Origin: Octopus sinensis
Taxonomy: Eukaryota
Assembly (NCBI RefSeq): GCF_006345805.1
Contig: NC_043003.1
Location: forward strand, 4,960,001-5,024,000
Length of the DNA stretch: 64,000 nt
Direction of reading: 5' to 3'
Part shown: positions 41,612 to 54,240 of the stretch, piece by piece
Layout of the letters: each line of letters starts with the position of its first letter
Position numbering within the stretch: position 1 is the first letter of the stretch
Program-made: the position numbers and the translations under genes
Notes under the pieces: generated by a model
What the model saw: the letters and a program-made list of their open reading frames with translations, nothing else
What the model was told of the DNA's origin: nothing
Database searches by the model: none

Positions 41612-41902
41612 GTGTGCATGTGTGTGTAATCCATTTTCACTTCGAATTTTGGGGTAAACTGGCGTTGCTACCAAAGTTGGTACAGAAACATTTGTAACTG
41701 ATCGTTAAAGATATGTTAAAGAATTTCGTTGTCTTCTCATTTGGATAGCACTTTACTCTTCACTAATCCCGTACAACGGTTTCACAGTCCGAAAACAAGA
41801 AGAATTTCGGTATTAGTCTGGAATTCCACAGGATGGATAGTCCAGAACTCGGGCTGAGTGCTTCAATGGAAACACGGTTTCTTTATACCCTACCCAAACC
41901 TA

Positions 41903-41944
<42 letters not shown>

Positions 41945-41947
<3 letters not shown>

Positions 41948-42238
41948 AGAAGGTGAATGAATTATCCTAGTATGGATAATTCGGTTAACCGATACCTGGG
42001 TAGCAAATTCATGTCAGAAAACTCGGTTGAATCTATATGCCAAGGGCAGGGATCCCGTGTTCTCGTGTGTGTAAATTTGTGTGTGTTTTTTTAACTATGA
42101 ATAAATGAAAGAATGGAGTTCGAAACGACGATTTTAACAAAATTCCTCGGAATTAGGAATACAGCCTTCGAAACATGTGTCGAGAGTAAAGGAATTTTGT
42201 TAAAATCGTCGTTCGACAGCATTCTTTCATTATTCATA
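41945..42238. mobile_element. Foldback element with left extension, in (TA)n
   Basis: Arms 42096-42147 and 42190-42238; HHR 3' half cGAAACATGTGTC at 42169-42181; extension homologous to 22903-23050. Confidence 0.8.
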
Positions 42239-42301
42239 TATATATATATATATGTATATAAAATAAGCCTTGATTGGAATTTTTATAAACATTTAAGATA
42301 T

Positions 42302-42334
<33 letters not shown>

Positions 42335-43280
42335 GCAATTTCCTACACAGCTGTAAGACAACGTTAAAGTAGCTGTATCTAAGTTATCCCAAATCAATTA
42401 GCTTCCCTGCGTACATAGAATTTCAATTAGTTTTGTGAAATAGGTAAAAATTTCTTTAAACACATATCGCCAACTTTTGCAGAAACATTATCTATATTAC
42501 TGGAGATAAAAATCACTGAATGCCTCGTGAGGCGCTTTGCGATTTTGTAGATAATTGCTGGTGAGGAACAATTATCTATCTTTTTATTATTTAATTGAGA
42601 ATCATGATGCATCAGGATAAACTATTTATGGTACATTTTTTATTGTGACGCTCCTTTCAAATTCCTCTCTCACATTTAGCGAACAAGCAGCGATCGATCG
42701 GCAAGAAATATTCATGTCGCTCATCTGGAAGTCAATGTTAAGATATAAAGCATGACCTCATTACAGGAAGAATCACAGCGTTTCTGACCTTTTGTTTGAC
42801 CCCATGACCGTTTTAGAGGGAAAAGAGCAATAAATAATGACTCAGTCTTCACTGGTTTAGCAAATAGTGTGTCTATATATAAGTTTGAGACACGCAGTTT
42901 TGATATTTGTACGCACAATATTTGTATACATGTACATGTGTGTATGTGACTAAATACACACGCACACATACGTACGAACGCGTGTATATAATATGTGTGT
43001 GCATGTATATATATATATATATATATAAAAGAGAAAGTACTATAACAATAATATGTGTGTGTGTAGTTGCATGTATGTATATATATATGTGTGTGTATAT
43101 ATATATATGTATGTGGCTAACCCCTAAGGGTGGATGCTACTGTAGCTTGTAGCCCCAGGAGAACATCTCTTGCTGACTATTGACACACTTTCTGTGACCT
43201 ATCGGTATTTGCACATTGTCGTGCAGTTACTGTTATACCTCGTTCAGAGACTTATTATTGCTTTTATGTATATATATATG

Positions 43281-43313
<33 letters not shown>

Positions 43314-43345
43314 TATACATATATATGTATATACACACACATATA

Positions 43346-43376
<31 letters not shown>

Positions 43377-43462
43377 CACACATATATATAATATATATAT
43401 ATACACATATATATATATATACACACATAATATATATATACATATATATTATATATATAATG

Positions 43463-43495
<33 letters not shown>

Positions 43496-45364
43496 TGTGT
43501 ATAGTCTATTCAAATACACAAACAATTCAAATACAATAACGAAAAAACGTGAGGTTGTGTACAAGAAATGTATCGGCTTGACGCTCGGAGAAAGGAGAAA
43601 AGGAAAAGTCCAAAGATGGAGAGGAAGCGGCACCCGTGTAGTTACATTGCTGAAGTGACCGGAAGTATATGTGTGTATATATATATATATATCAAAATAA
43701 GCAAGACGTATATCCGAGGTTTGTTGCTTATTGTGATTATAATCGCTCCATTTGATTTATATGGATAATACCATACGAAATTCTGGTGCCTTTAACTTAA
43801 GTACCATAGTCATCTGAAACTAAATTTTGCGGAACTTATATATATTGGCGATTTAAGTAAGAGTTTTGACTTATTAAAATTTATAAAGCTTCGAAGTCAC
43901 TCTCGTATTTTTCCTAGTAAATGTTTAATAAGTATCTGCTCTAACAAAATAGGTCAGTAATCTTTCAGTTTAATGTAAAACTGTTTTATATACAACTTGA
44001 CATAGAAACAAACAATTAACATATATGTATAGGTGTGTGCGTGCGTGTATATATACGTATATATATATATATATATATATATTCACACCCATACATATAT
44101 GGATGTATATATATATATAGGGATAAACCAGCAGGAAGTATGAAAATGTATGTAAATGTGTAGCAGCAGCGGCATCAGAAGCAGCAGCTACTTTCATATG
44201 TAAATTGATGTAAACCTCGTTTGAACGGAACAATTTCAAAGTCAATAACAAACGTAACTGATGTGAACAGCGGTAAGTCATTCTGGTAAATAAAACGATT
44301 CCAACAAGTACAGTCCTACTTCACTGTGGACAGCTTGTTTTCTTTCTAAACGATTACTCGATAAATGAATAACAGAGAAACAATTCTTAAGATTGTGGCT
44401 AATGGCTGATATATTAAACATTTCTTGAGTGGAATGTCTGTCAATTATTTTGTTCTTTCTCTGCGATTGCTGGCCAAAACACTACTGAATTAGATACAGC
44501 AAATACAAACCTACTGACCATACCGCATTGTAATTATTGCAGAAACGCTGACACCGAGAAGTAGATCAATGTTTCCTCATTAAAAGGATTATTGCTGACT
44601 TTACAGAGGTTTGACGGGAAATTTTCCAAAAGGAACTTCAGTTTAGAATTGTCTGCAAGTGACTGCAATTTTGATTTGATTATGCAAAATGGCGTTTAAG
44701 TGTGCAACGAAGCAAAAATAGTATATCATCAACAGCGACGTCTATAATTGCAAACTGTTCAGAAAAATAGCGGATAATGTGAAGCTATTGACAAATTGAA
44801 TGCCATCTTGTCAGCTTCTATTACATATTATTCGAGTGCACAGCAGTAATTTGTTAAACATTGGATGAATTTAGAAGATGGAATAATGAAGAATCGAGAA
44901 GTCGCAATAGAAATCGCCAAAATAAAGCGAAACATAAATAAATGAATTCACAGAAGCTTTCAACTAATACACACACGTATGCATACATCAAAAACATATA
45001 TACACATACACAGGCATGCATTTGTACATACATACACACACGTACATTAGTTTGTGCGGAAAGTTATGAACTAAAAACGAGGTGTAAATATTGGTAAGAA
45101 TTAAGAAAATTTATGGTAAATTATCAAATTTTAAAACTATCAAAAATTATTTGAAGCCATTACTTTAATTATTACTGTAGGAATTTCAAAGCTGTTGTTG
45201 TTCTTGTTAATTATGTTATTCTTGCTATGCTGCTGTTAATAATTTTGTTGGTGTTTCGAAACAGAGAAATAAATCTAGTGCCGTTGGGGGAAAATAATTT
45301 TGGTGTACTTAAAGAACAAACGAGAAATACTTCTAAGAACAATAAAGTAAAACAGTAAATGTAT

Positions 45365-45485
45365 TTATCTCTACAGTAATACAATAGTTGTAATTTATTT
45401 CTACAGTAATATGATAATTGTAATTCATTTCTACAGTAATATGATAATTAAAATTTAGTTCTACAGTAATATGATAGTTAGAATT
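45365..45485. repeat. 30-bp minisatellite x4
   Basis: ctacagtaat at 45371, 45401, 45431 and 45461. Confidence 0.9.
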
Positions 45486-45801
45486 TCTGTGACAGCATTA
45501 TATGTCGGCAAAATTTTGAAGGAATTGTTCAAAAGAAATCAGAGACTTACATAAATATATGGTGATGGAGTAAAATTCGTCATCATCGCTGAAGGCGTGG
45601 GTGTGTTGTTAAGTTTACTTAATAACGGAGGTCTGCTGCTTCAACCTACGGACTATTGAACTCAGACTCGTGTCATCTAACATGACTTCCGACAGACAAA
45701 GCCTTTCGGGCAAAATTTGGTAGATTCAAAACGTGTGGAAGTTATAGAACCGATCGTCTTATATACATCTTCATTAATATTGTGTTTACACAGAAACCGT
45801 A

Positions 45802-46140
45802 GTGGAGGCGCAATGGCCCAGTGGTTAGGGCAGCGGACTCGCGGTCATAGGATCGCGGTTTCGATTCCCAGACCGGGCGTTGTGAGTGTTTATTGAGCGA
45901 AAACACCTAAAAGCTCCACGGGGCCCCGGCAGGGGATGGTGGTGATCCCTGCTGTACTCTTTCACCACAACTTTCTCTCACTCTTACTTCCTGTTTCTGT
46001 TGTGCCTGTATTTCAAAGGGCCTGCCTTGTCACTCTCTGTCTCACGCTGAATATCCCCGAGAACTACGTTAATGGTACACGTGTCTGTGGAGTGCTCAGC
46101 CACTTACACGTTGATTTCACGATCAGGCTGTTCCGTTGAT
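45802..46140 (+). mobile_element. SINE family 3, tail type X
   Basis: tRNA-like head with A box tggcccagtgg and B box ggtttcgattccc. Confidence 0.9.
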
Positions 46141-46268
46141 AATTTAGTAACTTCTATGCTGAAGTAGAGACAACATGTTCTTTGTCTATCTCCTTAACTT
46201 CTTGGAGATTTTAGGTATAATTATACTAATGTGTCCATCTGTTAAATTTAATTAAATTCTATGTCTTT

Positions 46269-46357
46269 GTGCAGCTGAAGATTGCTCTACATTTTAAATT
46301 GATGTAATGATTGCATTGTTCAATTAAAAAGAGTTGCATGAAACGATCGTACTGCAC
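46269..46357 (+). ncRNA. Type I hammerhead ribozyme with long stem II
   Basis: gtgcag CTGAAGA ttgctct...agagttgcat GAAA cgatcg TA ctgcac; perfect 6-bp helix I; element ends at (TA)n near 46390. Confidence 0.75.
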
Positions 46358-46557
46358 TAACTCTGGATATCCTTGTTGCTTATTTTGATATATATATATA
46401 TATATATTGGTAATTAGAAAGGGATTTCTCTAGAACGTTAACCGGTTTGCTCACAGGTATTAAAAATACGTTTAGAATATAAATCTAGTAATAATTCCCA
46501 TAAAATAAGAATTGAGAGATGCATTCCGTTGGATAATTTTGAATATATTGCGTTTAA

Positions 46558-46905
46558 CAGTTCTATATCTAAGAATTGAGGAATTGTGTTCATTATTTAC
46601 ATTTGACGGGTATTTGTGCTTATCTTGTTTGTTAACACAACGTTTCGGCTGATATACCCTCCCGCCTTCATCAGGTGTCTTGGGGAAATTTCGAACCTGG
46701 ATTCTCATTCCTAAGGTATTTTTCGATGATATTATTATCATTATTATTATTATTATTATTCAGGTCACTGCTTGGAACTGAACTCGGATTCTTGGGATTA
46801 ATAGCCCGCGCTCTTAACCACTATGCCATATGCCAGTGGGCAACCGAAAAGTTGTGTTAACAACAAACAAAATGAGGACAAACATCCGTCAAATGTAAAT
46901 AATGT
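46558..46905 (-). mobile_element. tRNA-headed SINE-like element with HHR and an inverted 3' fragment
   Basis: Head 46834-46761 (tggcatagtgg A box, gagttcagttcc B box), (AAT)n linker, HHR 46678-46635, inverted arm 46843-46903. Confidence 0.82.
46635..46678 (-). ncRNA. Minimal type I hammerhead ribozyme
   Basis: acac CTGATGA a ggc...gcc GAAA cg T T gtgt. Confidence 0.75.
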
Positions 46906-47339
46906 AAATAAGTTACCTTTAATCATTTAGGTTTCCTGGAGTATATATTATCAATAATAATGATACGTATTATTACGAAGTTGAATAGCATTACTTTTAT
47001 TTCCTTTTTATATACATCCAGTTTTACATAGACCTACACATGTTTCAAATGTACCGATTAGGGACCGTTGAATTTGCAGCCCTTCTATGATACCGATGCA
47101 GCTTCTTCACGGTCTTCACTTCAATATCCTTCGATTTAACTGTTTAAGGTTTTTCGGTTGTCCGCTCTGCGTTGTACGATGTGGAGTTGTTCGTTAATTC
47201 ATACTTGGACTATCTTCAGTTCAAGTTTTGATATGATGATCACTTATAGCCCATTATTTCAAAACATTCTGTTCTTTAAATATTTATTACGCATTTATAC
47301 CGAGCAAAGGTGAATATTCTCATGTACAAATGTCTTCCA

Positions 47340-47705
47340 TCTTTAAATGTAAACTTTGGTAAACTTCTTCTGTATATAGGTCACATTTCTGAGAGTGCAA
47401 CTGCACCAATTTTCAAGAAGAGACTAGCTAATCACTTAAGTTCATTTCGAGATAAAAATAAACGATTCCAAACAAGTGTGCGTAAACTAATGTGGTCCAT
47501 TGAAGACAGAAACAAAGACAGTACAATCAATACGGAATTAATTAGTGCTGCAAAACCACACAGAGTTGGAACTAATAAATGTGACCTGTCTTTAAAAGAA
47601 TTTTACTTAATGTTTACATCTAAGGGCAATATAAGGAATTCTAAACAGAAACAAGCTTTAAGATGCTTGCACATGAGAAAATTCACCTTTGCTCAGTGTA
47701 AGTGA
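47340..47705 (+). pseudogene. PLE GIY-YIG endonuclease C-terminal fragment
   Basis: YIG...FKKRLANH..SFR...T..RKLMW...AKP...CDL.LKE...N...RCLHMRKF pattern typical of PLE endonucleases; no RT upstream. Confidence 0.8.
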
Positions 47706-47880
47706 GTAATAAACATTTAAAGAACAGAATATTTTGAAATAACGAGCTATAAGTGACTATCCAATCAAAACTTGAATTGAAGATAGTTCGCCTCTAAATT
47801 AACGAACAACTCTATATCATACGACGCAGAATTGATAAACGAAGAACTTTAGACAGTTAAATCAAAGGATATTAAAATAA

Positions 47881-47966
47881 AGAGCCTGAAGAATTTGCGT
47901 CAGTATTAGAGGAGAGTTGCAGTTGCAAAGGTTGTTAATCGATGCAATTGAAACATGTGTAGGTCT
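47881..47966 (+). ncRNA. pLTR hammerhead with long stem II (partly decayed)
   Basis: agagc CTGAAGA atttgcgtc...gatgcaatt GAAA catgtg TA ggtct; mirror copy at about 47028-47114. Confidence 0.65.
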
Positions 47967-48093
47967 GTGTGAAGCTGTATATGTAAAAGGGAAATAAAAG
48001 TAATGCTATGCAACTTCGTAATAATCTTTATTATACATATATGCATATAGTATGTATACATATCCAGATATATGTTTGTGTAATTGTGTGTGA

Positions 48094-48155
<62 letters not shown>

Positions 48156-48704
48156 CGCACAAATATATATGTAGGTGTGTGTATATACACATATATATAT
48201 ACATTTGTATACTGGTTGATTATTCCTGTCAATGGGTATTACAAATACAACAAATATGAAGCCAAAAACATCCTTGTTATGCCTATTAATTTGGGGAATA
48301 CGGAGAAACGGGGTTAGAATGAAGTCATGATCTATCTACGTATTTTCATCACAGGGAAGCTGGTGAAAGTGAAAAACTTGGACCTTGTTACGTTCTATGC
48401 ATCATAACCATGTTACGGAGATTATAAAGAACACAGGTGTAATACAATTAAATTTTCAACAACTTGATTACGAAGAAGCACGTGTGTGCCTCATATGTGT
48501 GAGTACACATACATACATACATACATACATACATACATACATACATACATCATACATACATACATACATACATACATACATACATACATACATACATACA
48601 TACATACGTACATACATCTTTCTCTATTGGCAAGTAAGCTGGAAATAAAACTGAACGATATACATACACACACACACAAACACACACACATTTAGATATA
48701 GATA

Positions 48705-48918
48705 TTCTTTTCTACTCTATGCACAAGGCCCGAAATATTTGAGGAGGGGGTCAGTCGATTACGTTGACCCCAGTACGTAACTAGTAATTAATTTATCGAT
48801 CACGAAAGGATGAAAGGCAAAGTCGACTTCGGCAGAATTTGAACTCAGAATATAAAGTAGACAGAAAACCGCCAAGCATTTCGTCCGATGTGTTAACGTT
48901 TCTGCCAGTTCGCCGCCT
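48705..48918 (-). mobile_element. SINE family 1
   Basis: Inverted match to 6790-6940. Confidence 0.88.
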
Positions 48919-49824
48919 TTTTTAGACATTGATATCGAAATATCTGTGTAGCAGCTCATACTTTTTTTTTCCCATGCATTATGTATTTTTAAATATATTT
49001 TGAAATAATTGCATTTCTCTCATACTGACATCATTTCTAAGCGTAAGCCACTCATGGAAACGTAAACATCATTACATATTCGCCGAGATGTATCCTGGAG
49101 TGTTCCAATTTTACACTTCATTTTGCTTATCAGTTTTAATTTCACTTTTAATTATTATATGTCCGTATAAAATTACTGAATAGATGCTACAAATAGATAG
49201 ACGTGCACTGAAATGAACCTTCTCCACACGTAGGCTGTTATGCGATGCTGTACAAAATATGCCACAAGTCTCCTCCTTTTCCTTTTTCCTTCTATTTTCC
49301 TTCTTCTTTCACCTTCTCCATTTTCTCTCTTTATATCTAATCTTCTTGTCTCCAATTAAATACTTTTATTACTTTCTCCCTCCACAAAGACTATTTGTCA
49401 GGCTATTTAGCCTCATTTTCGTTGTCCTCTTCTAAAGATTAAATGTGTAAATATATTCACATGTATGTATTTATTTAGATTAATGTAACATTTTTATGTT
49501 TCGGAGAAATATTTGTCTGTCAAGTGATTTCATCTGGGACCATGGGATAAAACTAATGAAAACATAACTTGAAAGTCTAATGTTAGCGATTCAAAATTTA
49601 CGGATTTTAAGTGGCTATTTTTCTTATATATATATATAATATATATATATATATAATATATATATATATATATTATATAGAGCGTAATATAAATAAATAT
49701 TTTCAAAGTGGAAAAATTTACAGATTTTTTCTCTTACGAGGTTTTTCACGCTAACTACTGATAATTTCTTATAAAGATTTTATCCTTAATTAAAAAAAAT
49801 ATATATATATTTTTGATTGCTAAA

Positions 49825-50130
49825 ATGAGTCGGTAAGAAGATCAAATTCTAATCACATGGTATCTGGTTCAGATCCACTGCGCGGCACCTTATAATAACA
49901 AGCCGACTAATGCCTTGTGAGCGATTTTCGTCGATGGAATTTGTGCAGAAGCTCTTCATATATATGTATATATATATATACGTATATGTGTGCGTGACTT
50001 TGTGATTGTGTTTTGTCTCCACCTTTTGTCAACTTCAGTTGTTTTGTTTACGTATCCATAACTTAGCAGTCTCCGGACTTTGCAGTTCGACGAAGGATAT
50101 CGATAGAATAATTACATAATTTTAAAAATA
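49825..50130 (+). mobile_element. SINE family 2 (old, decayed)
   Basis: cacatggtatctggttcagatccactgcgcggcacctt...gccttgtgagcg...cataacttagcagt...cgatagaata. Confidence 0.7.
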
Positions 50131-50170
50131 ACTACTAACGTCCATTATTGACGACTAAAAATTTTCAAGA

Positions 50171-50229
<59 letters not shown>

Positions 50230-50417
50230 TACAAATATATATATACATACATATATATATATATATACATATCTATATACATATATATATATAATATCTA
50301 TATACATATCTATATACATATATATATATATATATATATACATATCTATATACATATACATATATACATATATATATATATACATATCTATATACATATA
50401 TATCTATATACATATAT

Positions 50418-50746
50418 ATATTGTTATATTTCGGAATGGTCATTTTGCCAGTTTAGCCAATAAAAACACACGCACTATATATTTGGTGTTACTTTGCTTC
50501 AGTGTTATTTATTTTTTACATTAATCTTAATCTTATTTCGGCCAGAGTTCTTTCGTCATACGCCTGCGACCGCATCAGTGGTCCTTTGTTTTCTTCTCAC
50601 TTATTTGTGTCTCTCCTTACTAACCGTCAGCCATTTTGCGTGTGTTTTTATTGGCTAAACTGGCAAAATGACCATTCCGAAATATAACAATATCTGTTTC
50701 AACACACGACTTCACATAAAAAATCTTGCACAACAAATATTTAAAC
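50418..50746. mobile_element. Foldback element with perfect 57-bp arms, minus-strand HHR-like motif and right extension
   Basis: Arms 50418-50474 and 50637-50693; minus 50581-50542: cca CTGATGC g gtc...gac GAAA gaac TC tgg. Confidence 0.82.
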
Positions 50747-51484
50747 GTATATATATATATACATATCTATATACATACATATATATACATATCTATATAA
50801 ATACATATATATATACATATCTATATACATACATATATATACATATCTATATACATACATATATATACATATCTATATACATACATATATATACATATCT
50901 ATATACATACATATATATATACATATCTATATACATACATATATATACATATCTATATACATACATATATATATACATATATATATACACACACATATAT
51001 ATATATACATATATATACATATACATATATATATATACATATCTATATACATATATATATATATATATATACATGTCTATATACATATATATATACATAT
51101 GTACATTTTTCTCAATTAAGTTTGTATTTTCATTATTTGGTTATTTAAACTGTCTCCCAAACTAATTATTTAGCAACAAGACATATAATTGCTTCTAGTT
51201 ACTCTGCTAATCTGTTTGAATAATTGAAGTTCCACAAGTGTTATGCAAAATTAATGCCGTGTATTTTAGCTCTTTCTTCTATATTGCCAAAGTTAAGTTA
51301 CCAACTTGCTCTATGGAATATTTCTGCTTCTGTTTGTCTCTCCTACTTCTTTAAGTTTTTAGAATTATATTTTGTTTTATAGTTCCTACATTTTGTACGC
51401 TTATAGAGCAAGAATCGTAATACATACACGTATATGAGTTTGGGTGGGTGTATATATATATGTGTGTGTTTGCGTGTATATATA

Positions 51485-51572
<88 letters not shown>

Positions 51573-51703
51573 ATATATATATACGCACACACGTACATAT
51601 CCATATATATATATGTATATATATGCATACATACATATATATACACTCATACACACACATATATGAGTTTGGGTGGGTGTATATATTTATGTGTGTGTGT
51701 ATG

Positions 51704-51750
<47 letters not shown>

Positions 51751-52025
51751 TATATATTTATATATATATATACGCACACACATACATATCCATATATATG
51801 TATATATATGCATACATACATATATATATATACACGAATACACACACATATATGAGTATGGGTGGGTGTATATATTTATGTGTGTGTTTTTGTATGTATA
51901 TATATACGCACACACATACATATCCATATATATATATATACGTATATATATATATATGCATATATACATACATATACATGCATACACATACATATATACA
52001 TATGCATATATATGAATATATATAA
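50747..52025. repeat. (TA)n/TACATATCTA microsatellites and higher-order duplicated blocks (unique spacer about 51105-51420)
   Basis: atatgagt(t/a)tgggtgggtgtata recurs at about 51432, 51661 and 51850. Confidence 0.85.
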
Positions 52026-52514
52026 TTGTTATACTTAGTTGAATTGGCATTAAATTTAAATAGCAACCACGATATCGCACTAAATGCATACACACTGTTA
52101 GAAGACATGGTGCTCTGGAATTGTCTGAGATAAAATCTATTCAAAGATTCGTGTTAAAAATTCGGCGCGAGGCGAACATCTTCGCTAAAGCGATTCACAA
52201 GGACGACAGATGCATTTTGTCTTTCCTGAAGTATGTCAAAGTCTCATACCTCGAAGAGATTTCGTCATAGCATGGTTGATTTTATATAGAGGCAGAAATT
52301 TCGTTTAGGTGACAAAAGGCAGATATTTTGTGCTGGAGACAATCGAATACACGTCAGTTCCAAGCCTCAAGATAGGTGAAATGCGCCTATGGAGACGTTC
52401 GTCTCCTTACGACACAGATTGTGTTTTGAATACAACACGTACATAAAGAGAATTTAGCCTACAATTCTGCAGCCCCATGTATATAAATTTAGCATTATAA
52501 ACAAATGCATATAT

Positions 52515-53020
52515 ATATAAACTTAGATAAACTTAGATATGTTTCGACCAAAGATTGGTCCAGGCCATGTCTAACTTAATAGCACCACCTGATAGGATTA
52601 TTCGAATCCTGTTTAAGTCAAGTTTTGTTTATGGTCCATTCAAGTAGTGAGTTTTTGTTGGGTGAGTTGTATCCAATTATGGGTGGCTTATCTGGTATTG
52701 CTTGAAGGAATCTATCCAGACTCCGTTTAAAGTTGATGGGATCCTTTTCCTCTTTGATCTCTTTCGGGACAATGTTAAATAGGGCAGGGCCTGTTGAGGA
52801 AAAGAAATTATGTTGCAGTGTACATGTATGCTGTGATCTTGAATTGGGCAGGGGACGTATGGCCCGTGGTCCCAGTCTTGGATGAACCTTGAAGCTAATG
52901 TTCAGGTCGTTTGGGCAAAGTTGGCGGTATATTCTCCACATCGTACAAATGATGTACCGCTCACGGCGATGCTGGAGAGAGTAAGGCTTTAAGGCGATCC
53001 CAATAATCGAGAGCAGCCAT
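52515..53020 (-). mobile_element. CR1-group LINE 3' end
   Basis: YSLQHRRERYII, GPALFNIVPKEIK, FKRSLDRFLQAIPD.P; tail of repeated atctaagttt. Confidence 0.9.
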
Positions 53021-53908
53021 GCCTATTTATATATGTATATATATATGTGTGTGTGTGTGTATATCTATCTCTCTCTTTATATATATATATATATAATACT
53101 GAAGGATTTTAGTTTTGGCATGATGGTTGGCTTTATTGCGAAAATAGTCTGTTAAACAACCAATAGCGAAACACCCCTGATTGCATCAGAAAAATGTTCA
53201 CAATTTCTTCAAGCAATTGGTGTTCCCAATAACGACTGACACTCCTCTACGAAAAATGCAATATATTGCCCTCAACCTCTTCGGCTATTTGTATTCCCCT
53301 CACAGCAATGCTAACGAAATACTTAATTTTCTCCATCGACACAGCATTTTAACAGGTCTATAATTTACAACCTGATTCTCAAATTTCAACTAATGAGCAG
53401 ATCTTCGGAACTGAATACTAATACAGCAATGTGGATTTATTCAGAAGTGAGTAGAAGGACATCTTTTCTTTTCTTTATATAATCTAGGAAAAACTCCTCA
53501 TCTCCGTTCAATAGAATCTCCGCTCAATGTCATAGCCTCTACACCTTTCGCTCAAAACTTTATGCTTTTATAAGACTTTTCTTTAGATATGAATAACATG
53601 ATATTTATAAAAAAAGCTGTCAAACTTGTCTACTCTTCTAGCGAAATCTTCAATTATGAGCTATTTTGCTTTCTCTAAATCCTTTAAAAATAAAAAAAAA
53701 CAACAGCAACCCAGAATTCACACAAGAAAGATCAGAATAATACAAGTAACCCACCAAACAATAAAACCTGTAACTTGAGAAAGTCTATGAATGTTATTTC
53801 TTTTCCGTTTCATGCTGTAGCGTATAAATTTAGAATATTTATTTGGTATAAGGTCAGCATTGCGAGGGGTTAAGGAAACACCTTTGCAACTGAAAATGTT
53901 TATATTAC

Positions 53909-53961
<53 letters not shown>

Positions 53962-53962
<1 letters not shown>

Positions 53963-54191
53963 TGGAACTGCTCATATCCTACGCAAAATACTTTCTATGT
54001 AATCTCAAGTTTTAAGACAAACATAATTTTCGTAAGGTTTTTTTAGACATTCACTAGTACAACACTAAGTACAAAACCAAAATATATGGCACCCTAGGCA
54101 TAACACCAATACGAACTTCCAACGTTTCTCTTGAGGTTTCTGGGTGAGACTTGGAGCCAACTTGTACAAATGTAAAGCAAAAGTCAAACAT
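53962..54191 (+). mobile_element. Dong/R4-like LINE 3' end in (AAT)n
   Basis: GTAHILRKILSM-stop, then UTR gaggtttctgggtgagacttg; (AAT)n on both sides. Confidence 0.8.
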
Positions 54192-54240
54192 AGTACAATA
54201 ATAATACTAATAATACTACTACTAATAATAATAATAATAA

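Larger units (their letters stand above)
46969..48025 (+). mobile_element. 5'-truncated Penelope-like element with inverted pLTRs
   Basis: Arms about 46969-47335 and 47661-48025 (about 75-80% identical) flank a GIY-YIG fragment; HHR at 47881-47966; AATAAA at 47993. Confidence 0.85.

Noticed and set aside
44280-44840. Possible very old Helitron helicase remnant
   Set aside because: Faint similarity (ADF..., PKGT) broken by many stops
45046-45068. Mariner-like TIR (attagtttgtgcggaaagttatg)
   Set aside because: No partner TIR or transposase found
45365-45485. CRISPR-like 30-bp periodicity
   Set aside because: No unique spacers; a simple minisatellite in eukaryotic DNA
46761-46834. Possible tRNA gene
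   Set aside because: Acceptor and T stems do not pair properly; it is the head of a repeat
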